From a virus, in the IMG/VR virus record IMGVR_UViG_3300022213_000237, positions 64,001 to 128,000 of that record: 64,000 nucleotides of DNA, one strand, 5' to 3'. The translations under genes and the position numbers were made by a program. This document shows positions 35,315 through 44,275 of the stretch, one piece after another. Each line of letters starts with the position of its first letter. Position 1 is the first letter of the stretch. The notes under the pieces are model-generated. The model had not been told where the DNA came from. It did no database searches and saw only the letters and a list, made by a program, of their open reading frames with translations.

Positions 35315-38149
35315 ATGGCAATTAAGCGACAACAACTGTTTTTGGGTCAGGAGCGTGTTGACGTCTCCGACTTACGCTCAATCGAATCAGCTATCTCCAA
35401 CGATTTCGATGTTCTCGGCGGTAAGATGCTGTCGGGCCGGGCACCTCTTGTCCTACGTGGATTCACCATTTCCACCACCAATACAGTCGGTACTCCCGCC
35501 GACAGTCTCTCGCTCTCAGTAGCTGGTGGCGTGCTCATGCACTATGGTGCGGCAGAAAGTGGTACTCTGTTCGCTGTAGACGACAACGTTACAGCCGAAG
35601 TGCTTGCGGCCACTAACACGAACGTTGAGGGGGCCTTCACAGCCAGCTCTATCAATTATATCGGACTAGACCTTCGCCGTTCGATTGACGCCACCACGAC
35701 TTCACTCAAGCAGTTCCTGGACGCAAATACGAATTTAGAAATACCTAGAAGCGTGCCCGTGGCCCGCACCCTAAATTATGTAATTATTGTTTCCTCACAG
35801 CCATTCAGCGTATCGACCAATATATTGCCAATCGCTGAAGTAGAGACAGATAGCTCTAACTCTGTAGTCACTATCACTGATTGTCGACCGCTAATGTTTC
35901 GTCTTGGGACAGGAAGCGATAATCCTAATCCTGTGGCAGCGTTTTCTTGGCGTGACACCACTCGCAAAGAGAATCATTCACCATACGACCCCGCAAACGC
36001 CTATACTGATGATCCTTTTGCTGGTGGCGACAAAGAAATTAGATCCCTTAAAGAATGGATGGACGCTATTATGTCCGTGCTCTGGGAATCTAAGAGCGGA
36101 GAATATTGGTACAGTCCGACCACCCGCGACGACGTGAAGATGGTTTTTGGTCCCAACGTGTTTATTGCCACTGGAGACAACTTCATCTGGAATTCGACGC
36201 CCGACACTCTCGAGTGGCAGGGGCTGTTTATCGCCTTCGGCAATTCCACTGGTTACTATAACATCATTGACGACGGTACGGCGCTGCTTGATACCGACGG
36301 CCAGTGTCTGTATGTGGACATTCAGCGCGATACGAACGGTGCCACCATCGTTCCTGCCGTAGGCACTTTAACTTCTCTTGGTACGCCTGAATTACCGGGA
36401 TCGCGTTTCATCATTGCGTGGCGTATTGACGGTGAAATGCAGATTCGCGATAAAGCTTACGAAGTGGGCCGTACTTTCCCGATAGCGACAACCACGACCA
36501 CAGGCGATGTGCGGCTAAATGAAGCTGCTGCTACTCCATCGACACCTACGGTAATCACCGTTGGTGTAAATAATCAAGTTCATATCGGTCAAGGCGCTTA
36601 TGCCGCCACTGGCAACAACGACGCGCTGATCGTTGAAGGTAGCGGTACCGGTCGAGCCATACGTGCTGTAGGTGATACTGGGACAGCAATTAGTGCTGTA
36701 GGTGGTGGTTCTGCGGGTGTAGGTGGTGTTGGTGTCGCGGCTGAAGGCGGCGCTTCCACTGGCGCTGCTGGTGGTATTGGCGGCGACTTTTTGGGCGGCG
36801 GCACCTCAGCTGCTAGTGCTGGCGGTGATGGCGTCCACGCTACTGGCGCTGACCATGCTGGTGCAGGTAATGGCGGCAAAGGTATAGTCGCGTTAGGTGG
36901 TACTTCCGACAACGCTGACGGAGGTATTGGTGGAGATTTCACAGGCGGCTTAGCGGGTCCAGGTGCTGGTACGGGCGGAGCCGGTATCGTCACAGTAGGT
37001 GGCGAAGCCGATGTAGGTGCTGGCAACGGTGGCAACGGAATCACCGCCACTGGTGGTGTCTCTGCCAGCGGCATAGGTGGTAACGGTGTTTACGCTACTG
37101 GTAGTACCGGCGGACACGGTGTTGTTGGTACTGGTAGTACCGGCGGACACGGTGTTGTGGGCATCGCCGTCGACGCTACAGGATACGGATTACAGGGCGT
37201 TGGATTCGACAATAACGCCGGTAATGGTTCTGACGGTGCGTCCATCAGCGCAGGCGACGCCACAGGAGCCAACGGCAATGGCGGTGTCGGTATTACTGTA
37301 GTCGGAGGTGATGGTGCCGGAGGCGTAGCCGATGTTGGTGGCAAGGCCGGGGTATTTACCGGTGGTGCAGGTACGACACAAGGCGGTCATGGTATAGAAG
37401 CTACAGGTGGTGCTGCTTCTGGTGGTACCGACGGTGTTGGTGTCGCGGGTACTGGTGGTGGCACAGACGGTATTGGCGTAACCGGAAACGGAGTAGGCAC
37501 GGGCGCTGGTGTAAGTGGAACCGGTGGAGCTAGTATTGGCACTGGTGTTCGTGGGCAAGGCGGTGCTGGTGGAGGAAAGGGCGTAGAAGGTACTGGTGGG
37601 AACGCTGGTGGGCCTGGAGTTTCAGGAATTGGCGGTGCTGGCAACGGTACTGGAGTCGCAGGAGAAGGCAACGGTACTGGGATGGGCGGTGCATTCTATA
37701 ACGGTACTAACGCGACAGGAGCTACTCCACAAGTAGCGTTAGAAGCAGTTAATGGTAATTTTAAAATGTCCGGGACTACGCCTAATAGCGACGTAGCTCC
37801 AGGGGCAAACACTTTGACTCCAGGACTGATACCCAAAGCTTGGGTGGTAATTAATCATAATACGCTTACTGGTGCCAATACTGTAATTGCTGGGCAAAAT
37901 ATACATAGCACCATAGGTGCCAGCGGCAATAACATTACAGTAACACTCCAACAAGCTGTTACTTCCAACAACGTATGTACGGTCGTTACAGGATCATCTC
38001 CTGGTGGGACGAAAGCTTTTTTCTGGACTGCTAGTTCCGGCGCTAATCCAATTACTATTGGAGCTTGGACTGCTACAGGTACTCCTTACAACTTAAATGG
38101 TACAGGCGATGCCTTTACCATTCATGTGGTTGTGTTTGGTCTACAGTAA
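35315..38149 (+). CDS. Tail fibre/adhesin with long Gly-rich repeat region
   Basis: N-terminal RQQLFLGQERVDVSDLRSIES attachment-type domain; about 370 aa of GxxG/GGxGV repeats; C-terminal PKAWV tip domain. Confidence 0.8.
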   Translation: MAIKRQQLFLGQERVDVSDLRSIESAISNDFDVLGGKMLSGRAPLVLRGFTISTTNTVGTPADSLSLSVAGGVLMHYGAAESGTLFAVDDNVTAEVLAATNTNVEGAFTASSINYIGLDLRRSIDATTTSLKQFLDANTNLEIPRSVPVARTLNYVIIVSSQPFSVSTNILPIAEVETDSSNSVVTITDCRPLMFRLGTGSDNPNPVAAFSWRDTTRKENHSPYDPANAYTDDPFAGGDKEIRSLKEWMDAIMSVLWESKSGEYWYSPTTRDDVKMVFGPNVFIATGDNFIWNSTPDTLEWQGLFIAFGNSTGYYNIIDDGTALLDTDGQCLYVDIQRDTNGATIVPAVGTLTSLGTPELPGSRFIIAWRIDGEMQIRDKAYEVGRTFPIATTTTTGDVRLNEAAATPSTPTVITVGVNNQVHIGQGAYAATGNNDALIVEGSGTGRAIRAVGDTGTAISAVGGGSAGVGGVGVAAEGGASTGAAGGIGGDFLGGGTSAASAGGDGVHATGADHAGAGNGGKGIVALGGTSDNADGGIGGDFTGGLAGPGAGTGGAGIVTVGGEADVGAGNGGNGITATGGVSASGIGGNGVYATGSTGGHGVVGTGSTGGHGVVGIAVDATGYGLQGVGFDNNAGNGSDGASISAGDATGANGNGGVGITVVGGDGAGGVADVGGKAGVFTGGAGTTQGGHGIEATGGAASGGTDGVGVAGTGGGTDGIGVTGNGVGTGAGVSGTGGASIGTGVRGQGGAGGGKGVEGTGGNAGGPGVSGIGGAGNGTGVAGEGNGTGMGGAFYNGTNATGATPQVALEAVNGNFKMSGTTPNSDVAPGANTLTPGLIPKAWVVINHNTLTGANTVIAGQNIHSTIGASGNNITVTLQQAVTSNNVCTVVTGSSPGGTKAFFWTASSGANPITIGAWTATGTPYNLNGTGDAFTIHVVVFGLQ
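37096..37158 (+). repeat. Tandem 30-bp duplication (period 33 nt) in the fibre gene
   Basis: tactggtagtaccggcggacacggtgttgt twice (TGSTGGHGVV x2). Confidence 0.85.
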
Positions 38150-38235
38150 GGAAATATATGTCGACTTTTGAAGAAGCGGTTTCTATAAAGGTACGAGGAA
38201 GACGGACTCGTTTTTGAGTAATTTGGGAGAATCCA

Positions 38236-38781
38236 ATGTCATCTAATTTTGATGAGGCAATAAAAGTAGTATTAAGCCATGAAGGCGGTTGGTGCGATAC
38301 GGAAGGTGATTTAGGTGGAGAAACAAACTGGGGTATCAGTACCTTGATAATTAAACGCGCCAATATTACAGCCGAAGAGTTAGGGATTGAACCTAGCACT
38401 ATGTTTCAAAAAGGCTATCTTAAACCAATGAAAGTAGAAGCAGCCAAGGCCGTCTATAAACGGCTTTTTTGGGACCCAGGCCAGTACGCCATGATTGACG
38501 ACCAGACCTGCGCCACCAAAGTTTTTGACTTCGCCATCAATGCCGGCCCAGGCAACTCCGCCAAAGTCGCACAGCGTGCGGCCAACGACTGCGGTCATCA
38601 GCTAGTTGTGGATGGAGACCTAGGACCAAAGTCTTTTGCGGCCATAAATGCTTGTGGTCCGGCATTCGTAGGTACCATGGCCTACGAAATGGGAAAATAT
38701 TACCGTGCGGTTGTTGCCAACAGGCCCGCGAGCGCCAAATTCTTAAAGAATTGGCTCAAGCGTGCGGCCTGGGGTATTTAA
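38236..38781 (+). CDS. Endolysin, glycosyl hydrolase family 108 with peptidoglycan-binding domain
   Basis: HEGG..D.GGETNWGIS, VFDFAINAGP, VDGDLGPKS, KFLKNWLKR. Confidence 0.92.
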   Translation: MSSNFDEAIKVVLSHEGGWCDTEGDLGGETNWGISTLIIKRANITAEELGIEPSTMFQKGYLKPMKVEAAKAVYKRLFWDPGQYAMIDDQTCATKVFDFAINAGPGNSAKVAQRAANDCGHQLVVDGDLGPKSFAAINACGPAFVGTMAYEMGKYYRAVVANRPASAKFLKNWLKRAAWGI

Positions 38782-38784
38782 ATC

Positions 38785-39003
38785 ATGCAATGCTATAGAT
38801 GCAAATCATTAAACACCGGCTCCAGTCCGACTGGATGGTGGTGTAATGAATGCGGTGTGTCCGATCCATGTCCATGTTGGCAAATGAAATATTGTGCCGG
38901 ACACAATCCAGACCACATACACGTTTGGAGTATTTTTGGTGAATGTGAGGCCGTAGGTCTTGGTTGTGCAGCCAAAAAGAATTCTACTTCGACAGAGACT
39001 TAA
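38785..39003 (+). CDS. Small Cys-rich protein
   Basis: Multiple CxxC/CxC motifs after the endolysin. Confidence 0.45.
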   Translation: MQCYRCKSLNTGSSPTGWWCNECGVSDPCPCWQMKYCAGHNPDHIHVWSIFGECEAVGLGCAAKKNSTSTET

Positions 39004-39571
39004 CCATTTGGTTAAATTTTCTCTTCGCGAGCTTGTGCTTCTGGAGAGCGCGCTGACGTTCTGCGCTCGATAATCTGTCGAGATAGGTCTTGCCATCGAG
39101 GTGGTCGATCTCGTGGTAGATGGCGCGAGCCAATTGGTCATCAGCCTTCAAGCTCACAACGTCCCCGTTCTCGTCAAAATAACTAATCTCTACACGCCTA
39201 GGTCTTTTGATGTCCAGGAACAGGCCTGGAAACGAAAGGCATCCTTCTTCTTTCCGCTCAATCTCTTTAGAGACGGAAACAACGGTGGGGTTAATTACCT
39301 TCCGGGGTTCGCCCGTAGAGGGGTCGAGTACTATCATTACTCGCAAGGCAACACCCACCTGGATACCCGCTAAACCAAGGCCTTTCATTTGTTCCATGGT
39401 CATAACCATGTCGTCAAGAAGATTCTGAAGACGAGCATCGCTCTTGATATCTCCTATGACCGGCATAGATACTTGTGTAAGTACTGGGTCAGGGAAACGA
39501 AGAACGCTCAATGTCTTTGGTTGGCGCTGCGGCAGTTGGGACGTAATATTGTCGGTAAAGAGCATGTACAC
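38984..39571 (-). CDS. def: Peptide deformylase
   Basis: GLGLAGIQVG, EGCLSFP, HEIDHLDG. Confidence 0.96.
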   Translation of the reverse strand: MYMLFTDNITSQLPQRQPKTLSVLRFPDPVLTQVSMPVIGDIKSDARLQNLLDDMVMTMEQMKGLGLAGIQVGVALRVMIVLDPSTGEPRKVINPTVVSVSKEIERKEEGCLSFPGLFLDIKRPRRVEISYFDENGDVVSLKADDQLARAIYHEIDHLDGKTYLDRLSSAERQRALQKHKLAKRKFNQMVKSLSK

Positions 39572-39574
39572 CTT

Positions 39575-39907
39575 TTAGCCGGGGATCTCTTCGGTTTGCC
39601 GCCAATGACATTTTTGGCAAACTTTAAGGCGTTTACTTCCGAGATTGACCATTTTCAACGTACCTTCGCAGCCATTTGGGCAAGCGAATACGGGCTTAGT
39701 GGGTTCTATCTCTGCTAATACAGGTGCTTCAATGGGGTCGGTTACGCCCTCACGGTCGTATAGTTCTTGAGTCTTGCGTCGTAGCCGCGCGTTCTCGCGC
39801 CGAAGCTTTTGATTCTGAGCCCGTAGCTCCTGGATTTCGTTCTTAAGCTCGGTGGCTTTAGATTCGGTACGGATACGATGCTGAACCTTGTGGTTCTGTC
39901 GTGTCAT
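39575..39907 (-). CDS. Coiled-coil/Zn-ribbon protein
   Basis: Heptads plus CPNGC..CQKC; likely start MTRQNHK. Confidence 0.55.
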   Translation of the reverse strand: MTRQNHKVQHRIRTESKATELKNEIQELRAQNQKLRRENARLRRKTQELYDREGVTDPIEAPVLAEIEPTKPVFACPNGCEGTLKMVNLGSKRLKVCQKCHWRQTEEIPG

Positions 39908-39914
39908 GGTGCCT

Positions 39915-40160
39915 TTATGACTTAGGAACAACGCCTTCGAATTCGGCGACCCATTTCTGACCATCGTGCCAGATTCGGGCTTTTTCAAAATCTAGGCCTC
40001 CGCATTGGGAGAAAAAGGGGTCGTCAGCTACGTAACGTAACAGTTCTTGTCGCACCATTCTGGATTGGATTGTGCCTTTAATACACTCGTCAGTCTCAAC
40101 CACGGTTCGGTGGCGGACCAACATCTCTCCCACTGGGGTCTTGAAGCGTTGGACGTTCAT
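39915..40160 (-). CDS. Hypothetical phage protein
   Basis: ORF in array. Confidence 0.5.
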   Translation of the reverse strand: MNVQRFKTPVGEMLVRHRTVVETDECIKGTIQSRMVRQELLRYVADDPFFSQCGGLDFEKARIWHDGQKWVAEFEGVVPKS

Positions 40161-40731
40161 AGTCGAGTTTTTCCCATTCTTCTAGGCCGATTGTATCGGT
40201 TATAGCCTTTAAGATTGTGGCCTTAACTTCATCTACCTGGGAGATCTCCATATTCGGTAGCTCGTCCAAGGCTATATGCATTCCACATAATTCGCTTGTA
40301 GAACGCCGCTTAATAGCGCGTAAAAACTGGGGATCTGGCTCCTGAACATGCAGTCTCTTTGCGGCCTTCAGAATTCTTGTCCTGTATCCATGTCGTCGCG
40401 ACGGAAAACCGTAGGTCAGTACCCCCGCTTTAGGAAATTTCTCTCGCAAAACCTCTACGGTTTCTGGCCCTAGTTCTGGCGGAACCATAAAATAGAAGTA
40501 ATTTGGAGCCCAGACCGTGTAGTGCTTATAATATTCGTGCTTGGTCTGCTTGTTACGAAACTCAGCAAGCAGATCCGCTTTAGAAACCTTGACTTCGACT
40601 TCGACGATGCTGTTATCGTTGGCGCCTAGAACGTCAGCACTCCATCGCCCACCTTCGGTGCAAACCCAATCAAGCTGTTTCGCGTACCGTAAGAAGCAAA
40701 GTGCCTCGGTTTTAAGCGTACCCGATTTCAC
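40096..40731 (-). CDS. PD-(D/E)xK nuclease, MmcB-like
   Basis: ADVLG..VEVEVKVSKADLLAEF..K..NYFYFMVP. Confidence 0.7.
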   Translation of the reverse strand: MKSGTLKTEALCFLRYAKQLDWVCTEGGRWSADVLGANDNSIVEVEVKVSKADLLAEFRNKQTKHEYYKHYTVWAPNYFYFMVPPELGPETVEVLREKFPKAGVLTYGFPSRRHGYRTRILKAAKRLHVQEPDPQFLRAIKRRSTSELCGMHIALDELPNMEISQVDEVKATILKAITDTIGLEEWEKLDYERPTLQDPSGRDVGPPPNRG

Positions 40732-40887
40732 TTAGTCCTCGTCGGATTCGAATTCAAAAGCACCTTCTTCTTCCATGCGGTCGATTAAGGCGTCAGTAAT
40801 CTCTTCGATTTCGGAAACATCATAATCGTCAATCATATCTATCAAGTTAGTCTCAAGGAAGGACCGCATCTGGCTTTTGGACATCAT
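40732..40887 (-). CDS. 51-aa highly acidic protein (not in ORF track)
   Basis: AGGAG RBS; MMSKSQMRSFLETNLIDMIDDYDVSEIEEITDALIDRMEEEGAFEFESDED. Confidence 0.65.
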   Translation of the reverse strand: MMSKSQMRSFLETNLIDMIDDYDVSEIEEITDALIDRMEEEGAFEFESDED

Positions 40888-40910
40888 TATATATCTCCTA
40901 GGTTAGGATC

Positions 40911-42005
40911 TTAAGAATTATACCCTATCGATCTTAGGGATGCTGCCAGAGCTTCACAGGCATCGCGTGTGTATTTGTTATTGTTCCCCATCGACATCCG
41001 ATACCACGCCATGCCGTTGGCTCCAATTTCATATGGCCACAAAGCCCCGCAAGCGTTTCCGGGAATAACTTTCACTTTTGAATCAGAGAGCGCTCTGTCC
41101 ATGGTCGCGGCGTCGGATTTAAACCAAGAAAACATTCCGCGCCCATCGGTGGGTACGCCCCGAATTTCGGAGCAAAACGAAGAGAGGGTTTCGCCGAAGA
41201 TTTTGCCATTATCCAACAAAACATTTCTGGCTTTAGCGTAATCCTCTGCGACTCTATCTGGTGAAGTCGCCATAGCGTCCAGGACATCGGCGAGACGCTT
41301 TTGGCTGTCGTTGGGTACACCGCTAGTGGTTTTCTCTACGTATTCGCGTGCGTACTGTGCGATGTCGTCGTCGTCGGTAGTTAGGAAACCAACCCGGATA
41401 CCACTCAGACCTAAAAGCTTTGCCGCACTCCAAATACTGACGGTATGTTGGGGCACGACTTTGGCGCCATAGAGCCAGTGATAATAAGCGGCATCCCAGA
41501 CGTCGCAGTTCTCCATTGATTCCGACCCATCGGGGTTGTTGGGTGAGGTAATGACACGCATGTACTTTGAGTACCCATATTCTTTGGTGTGATTTCGTTC
41601 TTGAGGGGTACGTTCGATAAAGGAGCTGGCAATCGACATCGTCGTTGAACGCATTCCGCTTAATCGAGCCAGTGTTGGGTAACTGGGCCAATATGTGTTG
41701 TCGAGTACGATGTCGCTTTTAGGCTGGAAACCGCGTTCTTTATAGCCGTGAAAGGCGGCGAGGAGAGCTTGTTTGGCTCCCATGGTAACGACGACATGTT
41801 TTTTAGCTTGCTTGATGTGATGTCGAATTAAGTCGATGAGACGTGGATCTCCACCGAAGGGTGGATAGCGAGGCTCCGCCGTCATCACCGATTTAGGAGC
41901 ACACCAGAACGCGGTTTCCTGTAAGAATACGGGTTCCCCGACGGCGAGGTTATAGTAACCAGAAGTTTCTCCACGAAGCATCAATAAGTCATTGGACATG
42001 TACAA
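40911..42005 (-). CDS. PLP-dependent aminotransferase, class I/II
   Basis: NLAVGEP, TMGAKQAL, SPNNPDG, DAAY, SAAKLLGLSGIRVG (PLP Lys), VIPGNACG..YRMS. Confidence 0.88.
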   Translation of the reverse strand: MYMSNDLLMLRGETSGYYNLAVGEPVFLQETAFWCAPKSVMTAEPRYPPFGGDPRLIDLIRHHIKQAKKHVVVTMGAKQALLAAFHGYKERGFQPKSDIVLDNTYWPSYPTLARLSGMRSTTMSIASSFIERTPQERNHTKEYGYSKYMRVITSPNNPDGSESMENCDVWDAAYYHWLYGAKVVPQHTVSIWSAAKLLGLSGIRVGFLTTDDDDIAQYAREYVEKTTSGVPNDSQKRLADVLDAMATSPDRVAEDYAKARNVLLDNGKIFGETLSSFCSEIRGVPTDGRGMFSWFKSDAATMDRALSDSKVKVIPGNACGALWPYEIGANGMAWYRMSMGNNNKYTRDACEALAASLRSIGYNS

Positions 42006-42013
42006 TTCGTAGC

Positions 42014-42457
42014 TTACAGATCAGTAATCAAACTAGATGAGCCTTTTGCTTGAGCCCCTGCTGCCCCAGGGCATTCTAGTTTTTCTAGTGGGATAAAGGC
42101 CTTGTATTCTGTCTGAGCACCTATTACTTCAGAAACCCACGACACCAAAACTCCACAGACCCTACACTTTTTAGTGAGGTCTTCGAGCTGAACCATTTGG
42201 TGTGGATTTTGAGGTTCAGGTAGCGAGTCATACAGAGTTTTGGATTTAAGTCGTGACTCTTCTAGCTGCTTGGTTTTAATCTCAACGCGCTCTTTGGCCA
42301 TCTTGGATGCGACCTCAATCAACTCCATAAAATCTGCGCCCGAGACTTGAACAAAATTGCCGTCCTGGCGAATCATAATGTCGACAAGATCGCCACTTTC
42401 GGTGAAGGTCAGTCGTGCGTTACCACACATCTTCAAGTAATATTTTTCGTCACTCAT
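42014..42457 (-). CDS. Hypothetical phage protein
   Basis: 147-aa ORF overlapping the ligase end. Confidence 0.55.
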   Translation of the reverse strand: MSDEKYYLKMCGNARLTFTESGDLVDIMIRQDGNFVQVSGADFMELIEVASKMAKERVEIKTKQLEESRLKSKTLYDSLPEPQNPHQMVQLEDLTKKCRVCGVLVSWVSEVIGAQTEYKAFIPLEKLECPGAAGAQAKGSSSLITDL

Positions 42458-43775
42458 CTTCTTTTTCCTTTAACTGAATATCGTCCTCACTTCGTAAGCC
42501 TCTATAGACTGGGAGACGTGGGACTCGATCATTTGTAAGCTCAAAAAACTTATATGAGCATTTCTTGCCCGGCAGCTCCGCGCGCATCTCCCACAATTCA
42601 GCGCGAGCTTTATCGTCCAGGCCGGTTCCTATTTCGAATTCTACACCTTCGTCCGTCTTGCACTTTAAAGCACCTAGAGTCCCAGCACCCTTTGCGTCGC
42701 GTTGAAGTTCGGCTACTCCGGTGATTACCGCCTCAGCGTCAGAGAACAGTTTAACCTTCAGTAAGGATTTGGAACGCTTATTTTCGACAGGATGATAGTA
42801 CCTTCGAATCATGGCACCTTCATATCGGCGCTCTACGAACTTGGCGCACTCTTCTCTCAGTTTTTCTGTCGTTGGGTCTATAATTACTTGTGATTCTACG
42901 ACACTAATTTTGGTCCCAGTGTAGTATTTTGTTAGTAGGTTTTGAGCAAATTCGAGCCTTAGCGTGTACGGGTCAAGAGGTTTCTTCCATTCGAAGTCAA
43001 AACACGCATCAAAGACAACAAATTTTAAGTCTCCAACTTCGATACCATCTTTTCTCATCATCGTCTTCTGGATGGACTGAAAATCGATACGCCCATCAAC
43101 AATGGATACTACTTCACCGTCGAGATACAGCAACCCAGTATAACCAGCTTCTGCGGCCTCACGCCGTAAGACTTCGAGTTCACTTCTAATGCTCTCAAAA
43201 TTTCCCCACTCTTTGCCGGTGCGAGAAAGCAGGCGGATTGGAGAATCTGAATCAAGGGGTATAATTGCGACGCAGCGCCCGCCATCCAGCTTGGGTTGTA
43301 AACACCATCTACCTTTAAGGTCTTTTTCTTTTACTTTAGCATAGTCTGTAGCTAGCGGTACCTCAAACAGGTAGATGGTATTCTTGCCTAAGGCCTTGTT
43401 TATGTCCTTTGCTCCGATATTGATCCGTAAATCTTGACGAAGAATACGAGTAAACCATTTAAGCTGGGTCTCGTTGCATAGACCCATGTGGGTCGCAACG
43501 GCGTTTAGAGCTTCATTCCCGGTTAGTTTTCGGGCGGCCAATTCGATTAAGATATTGTTCGTCGCATGTAACCATTGTTCGTCGTCTTTAAAGACACACG
43601 GAGCAAGTGCCGGCTCTGGGAGCTTTTTGACCCCAAAGGTTACATCAGGCGATAGAGCAAGGAAAAGGATTCCAACGAGGGATTCGCATTGGGAGTGCGC
43701 TTCTTTAAGCGCCTCAAGTCGGGCATTACCTTGGGCCGCAGCTTCAATCGATTCTAGAGCTTCAATGATGTTCAC
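42450..43775 (-). CDS. ATP-dependent DNA ligase
   Basis: QPKLDGGR, LDGE, FVVFD, YEGAMIR, LLKVK, OB domain RLPVYRGLR. Confidence 0.93.
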   Translation of the reverse strand: MNIIEALESIEAAAQGNARLEALKEAHSQCESLVGILFLALSPDVTFGVKKLPEPALAPCVFKDDEQWLHATNNILIELAARKLTGNEALNAVATHMGLCNETQLKWFTRILRQDLRINIGAKDINKALGKNTIYLFEVPLATDYAKVKEKDLKGRWCLQPKLDGGRCVAIIPLDSDSPIRLLSRTGKEWGNFESIRSELEVLRREAAEAGYTGLLYLDGEVVSIVDGRIDFQSIQKTMMRKDGIEVGDLKFVVFDACFDFEWKKPLDPYTLRLEFAQNLLTKYYTGTKISVVESQVIIDPTTEKLREECAKFVERRYEGAMIRRYYHPVENKRSKSLLKVKLFSDAEAVITGVAELQRDAKGAGTLGALKCKTDEGVEFEIGTGLDDKARAELWEMRAELPGKKCSYKFFELTNDRVPRLPVYRGLRSEDDIQLKEKEDE

Positions 43776-44275
43776 TGTGTACCGATAGCCTCATGATCTG
43801 CAAGATGAACGGCGGCATCGATACCGTACTTGTCCCAACCAGCATGTCCCAATTCTCCGTCCGCATCCTCACATCCTTGCACCACGTGAGCTAGCTCGTG
43901 GGTGAAGGCGCTGCCTTGGACATTAGGTCTATTGGCAACTAACGTTGTATGTGTCGGACAGTCTGTTTCCCCGGTGACGCCCTTTTGGCCACTGTATGGT
44001 GATGTGTAAGTAGGTCCGGTATCATGAAGATACACAGAATGACCTGACAGATATTTACATGTATTCCCAAAATCACCAGCCGCTGGGTCCACAGACTTAA
44101 AAGCTTCTACGGCCCTATCTTCTTGGCGTTGGATATCCTCGCAAGTCCACCCAGCAGGTATGTCCGCATAATGCGTAGCCCCTTCGAACTTAAGTCCGCA
44201 CGTGGTTACGCACAAGGGCTTACCGCAAGCCGTCAACAACAGGAAGATTATCGTACTTTTCTGAAAGGGTGCCAT
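43772..44275 (-). CDS. Putative lipoprotein with HExxH zinc-metallopeptidase motif
   Basis: FLLLTA-C lipobox; AFTHELAHVVQ. Confidence 0.65.
   Translation of the reverse strand: MAPFQKSTIIFLLLTACGKPLCVTTCGLKFEGATHYADIPAGWTCEDIQRQEDRAVEAFKSVDPAAGDFGNTCKYLSGHSVYLHDTGPTYTSPYSGQKGVTGETDCPTHTTLVANRPNVQGSAFTHELAHVVQGCEDADGELGHAGWDKYGIDAAVHLADHEAIGTQ

Noticed and set aside
36598-37671. Pro-rich minus-strand ORFs
   Set aside because: Antisense shadows of Gly codons in the fibre gene
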